This document shows, piece after piece, positions 21,350-29,959 of a stretch of DNA of 64,000 nucleotides; the first letter of the stretch is position 1; the number at the start of each line of letters is the position of its first letter. Position numbers and translations under genes: made by a program. Below the pieces are notes generated by a model, which saw nothing but the letters and a program-made list of their open reading frames with translations, made no database searches and was not told where the DNA came from. The stretch is from an uncultured delta proteobacterium (GTDB lineage Bacteria > Myxococcota_A > Polyangia > Fen-1088), in NCBI GenBank assembly GCA_963737265.1, contig CAVTRY010000018.1, positions 32,001 to 96,000 on the forward strand, in the 5' to 3' direction.

Positions 21350-22216
21350 CTAGACGGCGATCGCGAAGGCAATCTTGGGATGGTGCCGGTACCCTTCCAC
21401 GCGCGTTTGCTCGTAGCTCCAGGAGAAGATGTCGCGCGCCCCTCCCGTGACGATGATGGGCAGCGGGTAGGGATCGCGTTGCAGCTGAAGTTGCATGCCC
21501 TCGACGTGGTTGACGTAGACGTGCGTGTCGGCCAGAAAGCCCACCAGGCGCCCTTCCGCAAGCCCCGATTCGCGGGCAAGCAGGTGAAGCAGCAAGGCGT
21601 AGCTCGCGATGTTGAAGGGCAAGCCTAGCGCGACGTCGACGCTGCGTTGGTTCCACATCAAGTTCACCTTGCCGTCGAGAACGGTCACCTGGAACCCGTA
21701 GTGGCAGGGCGGAAGCGCCATGCGGTGAAAATCGACTGGGTTCCACGCCGAGACCAGCATCCGCCGATCCTCCGGATTGGATTTGAGCCTTTCGACGAGG
21801 TTCCGCAGTTGATCGATTCCCTGCCCGCGCGGAGGCTGGTCGTGCGCAACGTACTCGGCACCGAAGTGGCGCCACTGCCAACCGTAGATCGGCCCAAGCT
21901 CGCGCTCTGCCATCATTTTGGCGCGGGTTTCGTCGTCGTGCCCGTAGGGCACGCGCTCGGGACTGCACCACTCGTCCCAGATGTGGTTGTTTCGAGAACG
22001 CAGCCACTCCTTGTCGGTGATCCCTCTGATGAAGAACTCCAGCTCCGAAGCGACCAGGCGAAACGGCACCGACTTGGTCGTCAGCAGGGGAAAGCCGGCC
22101 CCGAGATCGTGCTCGAAGATGGCCCCGGGCAGCGTCAGCGCCTCGACGCCGGTGCGGTTTGGCTTCTTGACCCCCTGATCGAGGATTCGGCGGGCGATGT
22201 CCAGGTAGGCTTGCAT
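21350..22216 (-). CDS. thyA: Thymidylate synthase
   Basis: FPLLTTK, LGPIYGWQWR, ALPPCH, QRSVDVALGLPFNIASY, HVYVNH. Confidence 0.97.
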   Translation of the reverse strand: MQAYLDIARRILDQGVKKPNRTGVEALTLPGAIFEHDLGAGFPLLTTKSVPFRLVASELEFFIRGITDKEWLRSRNNHIWDEWCSPERVPYGHDDETRAKMMAERELGPIYGWQWRHFGAEYVAHDQPPRGQGIDQLRNLVERLKSNPEDRRMLVSAWNPVDFHRMALPPCHYGFQVTVLDGKVNLMWNQRSVDVALGLPFNIASYALLLHLLARESGLAEGRLVGFLADTHVYVNHVEGMQLQLQRDPYPLPIIVTGGARDIFSWSYEQTRVEGYRHHPKIAFAIAV

Positions 22217-22235
22217 GAGCGTTTCCTGCCCCTTC

Positions 22236-22808
22236 CTAGCGCCGGGGGCGGACATCGTCTACCCCAACTCGTCGCCACGCGTAGTCTCGGCGATGTAGAA
22301 GCGATGTCGACGGGTGCTTCCCTGAAATGGGGGCTGGGGCTTCACCTCGCCCCGCGCAGGTGGGATCGGAGGGAAAAACAGGGAGGAACGGAGGACCAGA
22401 GGAATCACGGGTTGGGTTGACGAGGCGGCGGAGACCCTCGCGAAGTACGGGGACGTGGAAATTGACGAGCAGGCCCACCGGCAGTCGTAGGAGCTTGAGA
22501 TAGGTAATGACCTGTGCCAAGTGGACAGGAAGCAACTGCTCTACCGCCTTGACTTCGACGACCAAACGGCCTTCCACCATGAGGTCGAGGCGATAGCCGC
22601 AGTCGAGGTCAATGCCTTTGTACTGCAGAGGAATCGCGACCTGACGTTGCGTGCGAAATCCACGCAGGCCTAGCTCGCGCGCCAGGCAGTGCTCGTAGGC
22701 CGACTCAAGCAGCCCGGGACCGAGGTGACGGTGGACTTCGATGCAGGCGGCGATAATTTGCCCAGTAAAGTCATCCTGTCTCTGTTTCTCCGTTCCTCGC
22801 TGTTCCAT
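22236..22808 (-). CDS. GxxExxY protein (PD-(D/E)XK-like nuclease family)
   Basis: EVHRHLGPGLLESAYE, YRLDLMVEGRLVVEVKAVE, HLAQVITYLK, GLLVNF; reading frame continues past the conserved end. Confidence 0.93.
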   Translation of the reverse strand: MEQRGTEKQRQDDFTGQIIAACIEVHRHLGPGLLESAYEHCLARELGLRGFRTQRQVAIPLQYKGIDLDCGYRLDLMVEGRLVVEVKAVEQLLPVHLAQVITYLKLLRLPVGLLVNFHVPVLREGLRRLVNPTRDSSGPPFLPVFPSDPTCAGRGEAPAPISGKHPSTSLLHRRDYAWRRVGVDDVRPRR

Positions 22809-22890
22809 ATCTGCGTTTTCGGCGGCACTCCGCCAGAAGTTGCTACCTCACCGAGCCCCCGGCTGGGGCCCCCGTTTCAGGGAGGCACCC
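22312..22890. mobile_element. 579-bp TIR-bounded element with 9-bp target-site duplication carrying a GxxExxY gene
   Basis: Left TIR GGGTGCTTCCCTGAAATGGGGGC (22312-22334) matches the reverse complement of 22868-22890 at 21/23; GATGTCGAC at 22303-22311 and 22891-22899. Confidence 0.85.
22377..22804. repeat. Inner 25-bp inverted repeat pair bracketing the GxxExxY domain
   Basis: AACAGGGAGGAACGGAGGACCAGAG (22377-22401) versus reverse complement of 22780-22804 AACAGCGAGGAACGGAGAAACAGAG, 22/25. Confidence 0.85.
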
Positions 22891-23056
22891 GATGTCGACG
22901 GCAAGCTTGACGACGCAGCGATAAGAAGCATAGCTTCTGCGCCTAGAGACCAAGAATGACTGCGGGAAATGGCTAAATAGCCGGTTGTCGTGTCCGGCTT
23001 CTGGTTGACGGTTCCCCTCCTTTTTGATGGCTCCCAAGAGAAAGGAAACAAACGTG

Positions 23057-23893
23057 ATGACTAGAGCGCTTACAGGTACTGCCCTTGCCCTATTTCTCGT
23101 GGCCTGCGGCAGCAGTGGCAGCAGCACAAGCAACGGCAAGGACGGCGGCGGCACGAGCAGAATGGATGGCGACAGCACGAGCAGCATAGACAGCACCACC
23201 GACACGATCGACAGCGCCACCAGCAGCATCGACGGCGCCACCGGCAGCATCGACAGCGCCACCGGCAGCATCGACAGCGCCACCGGCAGTATCGACGGCG
23301 CCACCGGCAGCATCGACGGCGCCACCGGCAGCATCGACAGCGCCACGGGTGGCATCGACAGCGCGAGCAGCATCGACAGCGCCATGAGCAGCATCGACAG
23401 CGGCGTCGGCAGCACCGACAGCGCCATCGGCAGCACCGACAGCGCCAACGGCAGCACCGACAGCGGCAGCACGCTACTCGGAGGCTGCCCTGACCTCTCT
23501 GGCGTGTACAATGTAACAACGGAGATTGTAAGCACGACCTGCCCCCTGGGATTGCACGTCATCACGCAGCCAATAACCTGGACGTTCGTACAGACTGCAC
23601 CGAGCTGTAATTTCACCATGACCAATTCCCTGTACCCAACCTCGCTTTATGCGGGACAATTCAGCATGGTCGGGACCCAGGCTAGGGTGACTTGGACCTC
23701 GGCGACCCCTGCTCCCATCGTTAGCGGCTACGCCCTGACGTACACGGCAGAGAGTCTCACGATCACGCGCGCGGTGGCGCCAGCGACGGCGACGCTTTCA
23801 GGCAGCTTTGATTGGAACAGTGCCTATCCTTGCTCCGGCACTACGAACGTCTGCAGCGGCAGCGTTGCCTCGGGTTGCCTCACGCCCAACTAG
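23057..23893 (+). CDS. Lipoprotein with heptapeptide repeat linker and Cys-containing C-terminal domain
   Basis: AAGGA RBS, lipobox LVAC, about 14 SIDSATG-like units. Confidence 0.8.
   Translation: MTRALTGTALALFLVACGSSGSSTSNGKDGGGTSRMDGDSTSSIDSTTDTIDSATSSIDGATGSIDSATGSIDSATGSIDGATGSIDGATGSIDSATGGIDSASSIDSAMSSIDSGVGSTDSAIGSTDSANGSTDSGSTLLGGCPDLSGVYNVTTEIVSTTCPLGLHVITQPITWTFVQTAPSCNFTMTNSLYPTSLYAGQFSMVGTQARVTWTSATPAPIVSGYALTYTAESLTITRAVAPATATLSGSFDWNSAYPCSGTTNVCSGSVASGCLTPN
23183..23470 (+). repeat. Coding 21-bp tandem repeat, about 14 units
   Basis: Consensus AGCATCGACAGCGCCACCGGC. Confidence 0.95.
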
Positions 23894-23988
23894 CGCTATC
23901 TCGGCTGGCGGTAGCACGAGCGGCCAGGCTGGCGCGAGGGTGCCCGTGGCCGATGACTCCACTTGGACCTTGCTCTACGACTGCGTGG

Positions 23989-25698
23989 CTACCTCGCCGC
24001 CGCGTCGATCATGCGCACCAGGGCGTCGTGGTAGGCCGTGAATGGGCACGGCTCCTCGACTATCTTGCCCGCGCTGTCGTCACGGTTGGGTTCGCGCAGG
24101 AAAAGTGGCACGAATCGATCGTAGCCGTAAGGGCTGCCGTGGCTGGTGCCGCCCTGCTTGACTAGGCCGGTGTCGAAAAACGAGCCCGGGGCCAGAACGA
24201 CGAAGTAGTCGCCACCAATGCCCGGATGGATCGACCGGCACACCAGCGCCTCGATGGAGACTTCCTGGCTCTCCGGGCAAACGGCCGGAAAGGTGGCGAC
24301 GTCGAGCGCCTTTTCCACGCCGGGAATTTGCCTCGCGAGCGCGCGTTCGAGCGCGCGCCCGAAGCGCGTTCGCAGCCTCGCGTCGAGTGAACGTCCGGTC
24401 GGGCTCAAATACACATAGGGATCGACGACTCCAGCGACGGCCTTGTCATCCATGAGGACGCTCTTGGCCACGGCCCGCGCGACCTCCGCGACTTTTTCCG
24501 GGAAGATGCGATGGCCAGGGCCGCAGGGCTTCTTCGCCGCCAGCGCGTCCTTGCCGCAGGCCGGGCGCTCTTGCTCGGGCAGCGGGGCGATGCCGTGATC
24601 GCCGGTGAGCGCGATCGACCAACTGGTGGGACCGAAGCGACGATCGAGCTCGCCGAAGAACCAGGCGAGCGCGGCATCGAGGCGCAGCAGCTCGTCCCAG
24701 GCCTCCCAGGAATCCGGACCAAAAACATGGCCGATGTAATCGTTGGCGGAAAGCGAGAGCGCGAGAAATGTCGGACGCCCTCGGGCTTCGTCGTCAAGAA
24801 GCTTGAGCGCGATTTGCAAGAGCAAGCGATCCGAGCGCGGTTCGGTCCGGAACGCGCCACCGGGCTTCCGCGACTTGCTCGCCAGGTGCGGAAATTCGGT
24901 GCCGAATCCGTCTAAATCGCCTTCCCCCGGACCTGCGTCGGACTGCGCGTGCCGCTTGAGCCAAGCCTCGTCGAGCGGTTGCCAAGGCTCGGCTTCGAGG
25001 GCGGCGATCGCCGCGGGCTCGATGAGCGGCCCGAGCGACGGCGGAACGCCCGTGCCCAAGCCCTCCGACGCGACGAACGTCCCAAGGTCCGGGTCGAACC
25101 ACAGTGCGACGTCGGGCGACCTGCCCGCGCCGAACGCGGCGCCGCGGTCCTTGAGCGACAGCGCCGCGACGAACCCGGCCTGTCCGTGGCGGGCGCGGAA
25201 ATAGTCGGCAAGGACGGGCGGAAAACCCTCTGGCAGCGAGATGCCCACCCCCTTGCCGGCCGGACCCTCGACGGTCAAGCGCTTCTTCTTTGCGTCGAGA
25301 AGGATGCTTTGCGATCTTCCCTCCGGCCCCCACACCTCGTTGGCGACGATGCCGTGCTGGCGCGGAACCAGGCCGGTGAAAAGGGATGCGTGGCCAGGCG
25401 CGGTCTCGGTGATGGCGTGGGCGAATGCCATTTCTTGGAAGTAGGTTCCTTCGCGTCGCAGGCGCGCGAACCCACCAGAAGCCGGCAGCGTTGCCAGACG
25501 CTCGCGGGCGACCCAGGCGCCCAGTTGGTCGATGACCAGCGCGAGGACGAGCGGAGCGCGTGGCTGGTTCGCAACCGGCCGTTCAATTTCCGCACGCGGG
25601 GAAGTGACCTGCGCCGAATTCCGCGCCGACGCCTGGGTGGCGGTCGCCCCGCAGCTCGCGGTGAGGAGCAGCCATGCGGCCATCGGTCGCGGTTTCAT
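23989..25698 (-). CDS. Alkaline phosphatase superfamily protein (PafA-like)
   Basis: VIDQL, TETAPGHA, SLKDRGA, DYIGH, TGDHG, HGSPYGYD. Confidence 0.88.
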   Translation of the reverse strand: MKPRPMAAWLLLTASCGATATQASARNSAQVTSPRAEIERPVANQPRAPLVLALVIDQLGAWVARERLATLPASGGFARLRREGTYFQEMAFAHAITETAPGHASLFTGLVPRQHGIVANEVWGPEGRSQSILLDAKKKRLTVEGPAGKGVGISLPEGFPPVLADYFRARHGQAGFVAALSLKDRGAAFGAGRSPDVALWFDPDLGTFVASEGLGTGVPPSLGPLIEPAAIAALEAEPWQPLDEAWLKRHAQSDAGPGEGDLDGFGTEFPHLASKSRKPGGAFRTEPRSDRLLLQIALKLLDDEARGRPTFLALSLSANDYIGHVFGPDSWEAWDELLRLDAALAWFFGELDRRFGPTSWSIALTGDHGIAPLPEQERPACGKDALAAKKPCGPGHRIFPEKVAEVARAVAKSVLMDDKAVAGVVDPYVYLSPTGRSLDARLRTRFGRALERALARQIPGVEKALDVATFPAVCPESQEVSIEALVCRSIHPGIGGDYFVVLAPGSFFDTGLVKQGGTSHGSPYGYDRFVPLFLREPNRDDSAGKIVEEPCPFTAYHDALVRMIDAAAR

Positions 25699-25907
25699 TC
25701 GGCTATTGTAGGCGCGCCGGGACGCGGGGTGCACCATCGGAATGCGCAAGTCGCGAATTTGTCGCGCGACTGACACCATTTCCGCTTTCCGGGGGATCTG
25801 AAGCATGTAGGGAATGCGACCGCGGCGCTACAAAGAGACGGCGATCACGCCTCTATCGCCCGAAGACCTATTCCCTTAGTATGTCGCGCGCGATGCAGGC
25901 AATTTCG

Positions 25908-27758
25908 ATGACAAACAACGCTCGTTCTTCCAAAGCTCCGGCTACGATCTTCCTCGTCGTGCTTTTCGCGGCGATCTCATTCGGCGGCATCGGTTGTCTC
26001 AACATGCAGACACGTTCGGAGGAGCCGCTCGTTCCGGCCGCCACGCGCGCAGCGGGGGTGCCGGCTCCCGATATCGAACAGCTGCTCGGCCAGATGACCC
26101 TGGAGGAGAAGGTTGGCCAGATGGCCCAGGCATCGCGCGTCGCGCTTCAAGGCGCCGAAGTGCGCCAGGTGTATTTGGGATCGGTGCTGAACGGCGCCCA
26201 GGATTTGGTCAATCCCAACACGGCCGAAGCTTGGGCGGACGCCATCGATCGCCTACAGATGCAGGCCTTGGGAACGCGACTGGGGATTCCGCTCATCTAC
26301 GGCGTGGATGCCGTGCACGGCCACGGCGAGCTGAAGGGCGCGGTGGTTTTTCCGCACAATATCGGTCTCGGGGCCACGCGCAATCCGGACATCGCCGAGA
26401 AGGCCGGCAAGATCACGGCCGAGGAAGTGGCGGCCACAGGAATTCGTTGGACCTTCGCCCCGTGCATCGCTGTGCCCCGCGACGAGCGCTGGGGGCGCAC
26501 GTATGAAGGGTTCGGTGAAACGCCAGAGCTGGCCAGCATGTTCGCGCCGGCGGTCGTGCGTGGCCTGCAGGGGGAAAGGCTGGGCGCGCCGGAATCGGTC
26601 GTGGCGTGCGCCAAGCACTTCGTCGCCGACGGTGGGACGCAAAATGGCGTGAACGAAGGCGACGCGCGCATTTCCGAGCAGGAGTTGCGCGCGATTCACT
26701 TGCCGGGCTACGCGGCCGCGGTCAAGGCGGGCGTGGGCAGCATCATGGCCTCGTTCAGCAGTTGGAACGGCCAGCGCATGCACGGCCAGAAGTACCTCAT
26801 CACCGACGTGCTCAAGGGCGAGCTCGGCTTCCAAGGATTCGTGGTGTCCGACTGGGAAGCCATCAAAACGATGGGGACCAGCTACAAGGAAAATGTCGCG
26901 AATGCCATCAACGCCGGCGTCGACATGGCCATGGAGCCAAACGACTTTCGTCAGTTCATTCGCACCGTGAAATCGCTGGTGAGCTCCAATCGCATTCCCA
27001 TGTCCCGCATCGACGATGCGGTTCGCCGCATCCTGCGCGTCAAGGCGGCCGCCGGGCTATGGGAGCACCCGATGACCAACCGCCACCTGGCGACGCAGAT
27101 CGGATCGGCGGAACACCGGGCCGCGGCGCGCGAGGCGGTCCGGCAGAGCCTGGTGCTGCTCAAGAACGACAAGCAGGTGCTGCCGCTGAAAAAGTCGGCG
27201 AGCGTGCACGTGGCGGGCGCCAAGGCCAACGATATGGGCGCGCAATGCGGTGGCTGGACGGTGGGCTGGCAGGGCAGCCTTGGGCCCGTGACACCCGGAA
27301 CGACCATTCTACGTGCCATCGAGCGCGCGGTCGCGCCCCACACGCGGGTGACCTCGTCTCGCGACGGTAGCGGGGCCGGGCAGGGCGATGCAGTGGTCGT
27401 TGTGGTTGGTGAAACCCCGTACGCCGAAAGCAATGGGGATCGAAAGGAGCTCGCGCTGTCGTCCGCCGATCGCGCCGTCATTGCGAACGCGCGCAAGTCG
27501 GGCAAGCCGGTCGTCACCGTTCTGTTCACCGGCCGGCCCATCATCGTCGAGGACTGGCTGCCGCTGACCGATGCGTTGGTCGTGGCTTGGCTGCCGGGCA
27601 CCGAGGGGGCTGGCGTGGCGGATGTTCTCTTCGGCGACTACAAGCCAACCGGCAAGCTGCCGCACACATGGCCCCGCTCGATGCAGCAGATCCCCATCAA
27701 CTTCGGCGATGCGAAATACGATCCGCTGTTTCCGTACGGGTTCGGATTGAGCTACTAG
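25908..27758 (+). CDS. GH3 beta-glucosidase/exoglucanase
   Basis: MTLEEKVGQM, DAVHG, RWGRTYEG, KHFVADG, VVSDWE, PLFPYGFGLSY; start approximate. Confidence 0.93.
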   Translation: MTNNARSSKAPATIFLVVLFAAISFGGIGCLNMQTRSEEPLVPAATRAAGVPAPDIEQLLGQMTLEEKVGQMAQASRVALQGAEVRQVYLGSVLNGAQDLVNPNTAEAWADAIDRLQMQALGTRLGIPLIYGVDAVHGHGELKGAVVFPHNIGLGATRNPDIAEKAGKITAEEVAATGIRWTFAPCIAVPRDERWGRTYEGFGETPELASMFAPAVVRGLQGERLGAPESVVACAKHFVADGGTQNGVNEGDARISEQELRAIHLPGYAAAVKAGVGSIMASFSSWNGQRMHGQKYLITDVLKGELGFQGFVVSDWEAIKTMGTSYKENVANAINAGVDMAMEPNDFRQFIRTVKSLVSSNRIPMSRIDDAVRRILRVKAAAGLWEHPMTNRHLATQIGSAEHRAAAREAVRQSLVLLKNDKQVLPLKKSASVHVAGAKANDMGAQCGGWTVGWQGSLGPVTPGTTILRAIERAVAPHTRVTSSRDGSGAGQGDAVVVVVGETPYAESNGDRKELALSSADRAVIANARKSGKPVVTVLFTGRPIIVEDWLPLTDALVVAWLPGTEGAGVADVLFGDYKPTGKLPHTWPRSMQQIPINFGDAKYDPLFPYGFGLSY

Positions 27759-27791
27759 CGGCTACCTGAACATTCGGATAGTCTCGGCGGA

Positions 27792-29264
27792 ATGTCGGGA
27801 CTCGAAATGGTCGTCGTCGCTGTGGTCGCCTTGGCGCTGGGCGCGGTCGTGGCTTGGACCTGGTCCGCGGCGCGCGAACGAAGGCGTGGCGAGGGAAAGG
27901 TACGCGAGGTGGAAGCCCGCCTGCGCGAGAGCGAGGCCAGGATGCTCCATGCCGACGGCGGGGCGCGGGCCGCGCAGGCCACGGCCGAGGAGTTGCGGCG
28001 CACGCTCGGCGTGGCCGAGGACCGCGCGCAACGGCTCGGCGACGAGCTTGGCGAGACGCACAAGGCGCGGGCCATCGCTGAAACCCGATGCGCGGAGTTG
28101 CGCCGCAATCTCGACGAGCAGAAGGACCTGCTGGGTAGCGCCCAGGAAAAGCTGGGCGACGCATTCCGCGCGCTGGCCGCGAAGGCGCTGGCGGCGAACA
28201 ACGAGGGCTTTCTGACCTTGGCGGCCGAGAAGCTTACCGCGGCTCGCAAGGAAGCCGACACCGCACTCGAGGCGCGCCAAGTCGCCATCGACGGCCTGCT
28301 CAAACCGGTCAAGGAATCGCTGGAGCGCGTGGATGCGAAGATCCAGGACATGGAGAAGGAGCGCGGACAGGCCTACGGCCGTTTGACCGAGCTCGTGCGC
28401 AGTCTTACCGAAACGCAGAGCAAGCTCTCGACGGAAACCGGCAATCTTGTGCGCGCGTTGCGGGCACCGGCGGTGCGTGGGCGCTGGGGCGAAATCCAGC
28501 TTCGCCGCGTGGTCGAGCTTGCCGGTATGGTCGAGCACTGCGACTTTTTTCAGCAGGAAACCCTCGACGGCGAGGACGGCCGCTTGCGTCCGGACATGAT
28601 CGTGCGGCTGCCGGGCGGGCGCAACGTGGTCGTCGACGCCAAGGTGCCGCTCGAGGCGTACCTCGATGCGCTCGATGCCACCACGGAGGATGCGCGCGTT
28701 CTGCACATGGGTCGGCACGCCACGCAGATTCGCAACCACGTGCTCAAGCTCTCGGCCAAGAATTATTGGTCCGAGCTGCCGTGCACGCCGGAGTTTGTCG
28801 TGATGTTTCTGCCGAGCGAGGCGATGTACAGCGCAGCCTTGCAGGAAATGCCGTCGCTGCTCGAGGAAGGTGTCGGCAAGCGCGTGCTCATCGCCACGCC
28901 CACGACGCTCATCGCGCTGCTGCAGGCGGTGCACTTCGGCTGGCGCCAGGAATTGCTGGCGGAAAACGCGCAGGCCATCAGCAACCAAGGGCGCGTTCTG
29001 CACGAACGCATGTCCACCATGGTCGAGCACTGGAGCAAGGTCGGCGCGGCGCTCGAACGCGCAACGGAGAACTTCAACAGCGCCGTGGCGTCGTTCGAAG
29101 GGCGCGTGCGCCCGGCCGTGCGTAAGCTGGAAGAATTGGGCGCCGCGGGAAAAAAACAAATCGACGAGGTCAGCCCGGTCGAGTCTCGGCCGCGTGTGCT
29201 GGTCGCCGATGAAGACGGCAAGCGCGGGCTTAGCGCCGAACCTCGGGATCCGCCGTCAATCTAG
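27792..29264 (+). CDS. rmuC: DNA recombination protein RmuC
   Basis: RGRWGEIQLRR, LRPDMIV, VDAKVP, FVVMFLP, ATPTTLIALL. Confidence 0.95.
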   Translation: MSGLEMVVVAVVALALGAVVAWTWSAARERRRGEGKVREVEARLRESEARMLHADGGARAAQATAEELRRTLGVAEDRAQRLGDELGETHKARAIAETRCAELRRNLDEQKDLLGSAQEKLGDAFRALAAKALAANNEGFLTLAAEKLTAARKEADTALEARQVAIDGLLKPVKESLERVDAKIQDMEKERGQAYGRLTELVRSLTETQSKLSTETGNLVRALRAPAVRGRWGEIQLRRVVELAGMVEHCDFFQQETLDGEDGRLRPDMIVRLPGGRNVVVDAKVPLEAYLDALDATTEDARVLHMGRHATQIRNHVLKLSAKNYWSELPCTPEFVVMFLPSEAMYSAALQEMPSLLEEGVGKRVLIATPTTLIALLQAVHFGWRQELLAENAQAISNQGRVLHERMSTMVEHWSKVGAALERATENFNSAVASFEGRVRPAVRKLEELGAAGKKQIDEVSPVESRPRVLVADEDGKRGLSAEPRDPPSI

Positions 29265-29272
29265 ACCGGCTG

Positions 29273-29713
29273 CTAGCGCCGGGCCAAGCCCTGGGCGGTC
29301 CAGACAACGTATTCACCTGGCCGGAAGGGCAACTGGTCCTGGTAGACGAAGTTCTGCAAGCTGCCGTCGTCGAAGCGGACGAAGACCTCGAAGGTACGGC
29401 CGACGTAGCCGCCGCGGCTGGCATCCGCGCCGATCATCGCGCCCTCCGCGGCGCCGAAGAAGGTTCCGAAGCCGCGACCGCCAAGAGCGGTACCGAGGAC
29501 GCCGCCGATGACAGCGCCGGCCACGGCCCCGCTTCCCGGGTCGCCCTGCTGGTGTTGAACGGATTCGCGAATGGATTCAACTCGCCCGTAGCGCGCCCAA
29601 TTGCCCTGAGCGTTAGGAGGGCCCCACGTCGCGGTCGATGCCGTGGTCGTGGCGCATGCCGGAGCCAGCAGCGCGAAGACAAGGACTGGAAACAGAGCAA
29701 CGTTTGGTTTCAT
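29273..29713 (-). CDS. Glycine-zipper lipoprotein (SlyB-like)
   Basis: Lipobox-like APAC, GAVAGAVIGGVLG, VRFDDG. Confidence 0.8.
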   Translation of the reverse strand: MKPNVALFPVLVFALLAPACATTTASTATWGPPNAQGNWARYGRVESIRESVQHQQGDPGSGAVAGAVIGGVLGTALGGRGFGTFFGAAEGAMIGADASRGGYVGRTFEVFVRFDDGSLQNFVYQDQLPFRPGEYVVWTAQGLARR

Positions 29714-29742
29714 GGGCCACCTTCGCATTCCAATCATGGCGT

Positions 29743-29758
29743 TGCATTTCGTGTGCCC
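29743..29758 (-). promoter_or_regulatory. Sigma54 -24/-12 promoter
   Basis: Minus strand GGGCAC-ACGAA-ATGCA (GG-N10-GC) 30 bp upstream of the lipoprotein ATG. Confidence 0.6.
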
Positions 29759-29959
29759 GCCAGCGATTTCATACCGAAGCAGCGCAGACAGGCGCGCCCG
29801 CCTCGTGTGCCACGTCGCGCGTGTGCCGCGGGTTCACTCTGTGCGGAGGCCGCAACATGAGAGGGAATTGCGAACAGCAGCGTCGGCGTCCCGCATGATT
29901 TGGACGCGAAACCACATCGTCCTAGCAAGGGAGAGGCCGAGACGGGTAGACTGCCGCGC

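Noticed and set aside
23183-23470. Possible CRISPR array
   Set aside because: Head-to-tail in-frame repeats with no unique spacers, and no cas genes in the window
23070-23519. Cys/Arg/Trp-rich ORF resembling a metallothionein or RiPP precursor
   Set aside because: It is the antisense frame of the 21-bp coding repeat; the plus-strand ORF has the RBS and lipobox
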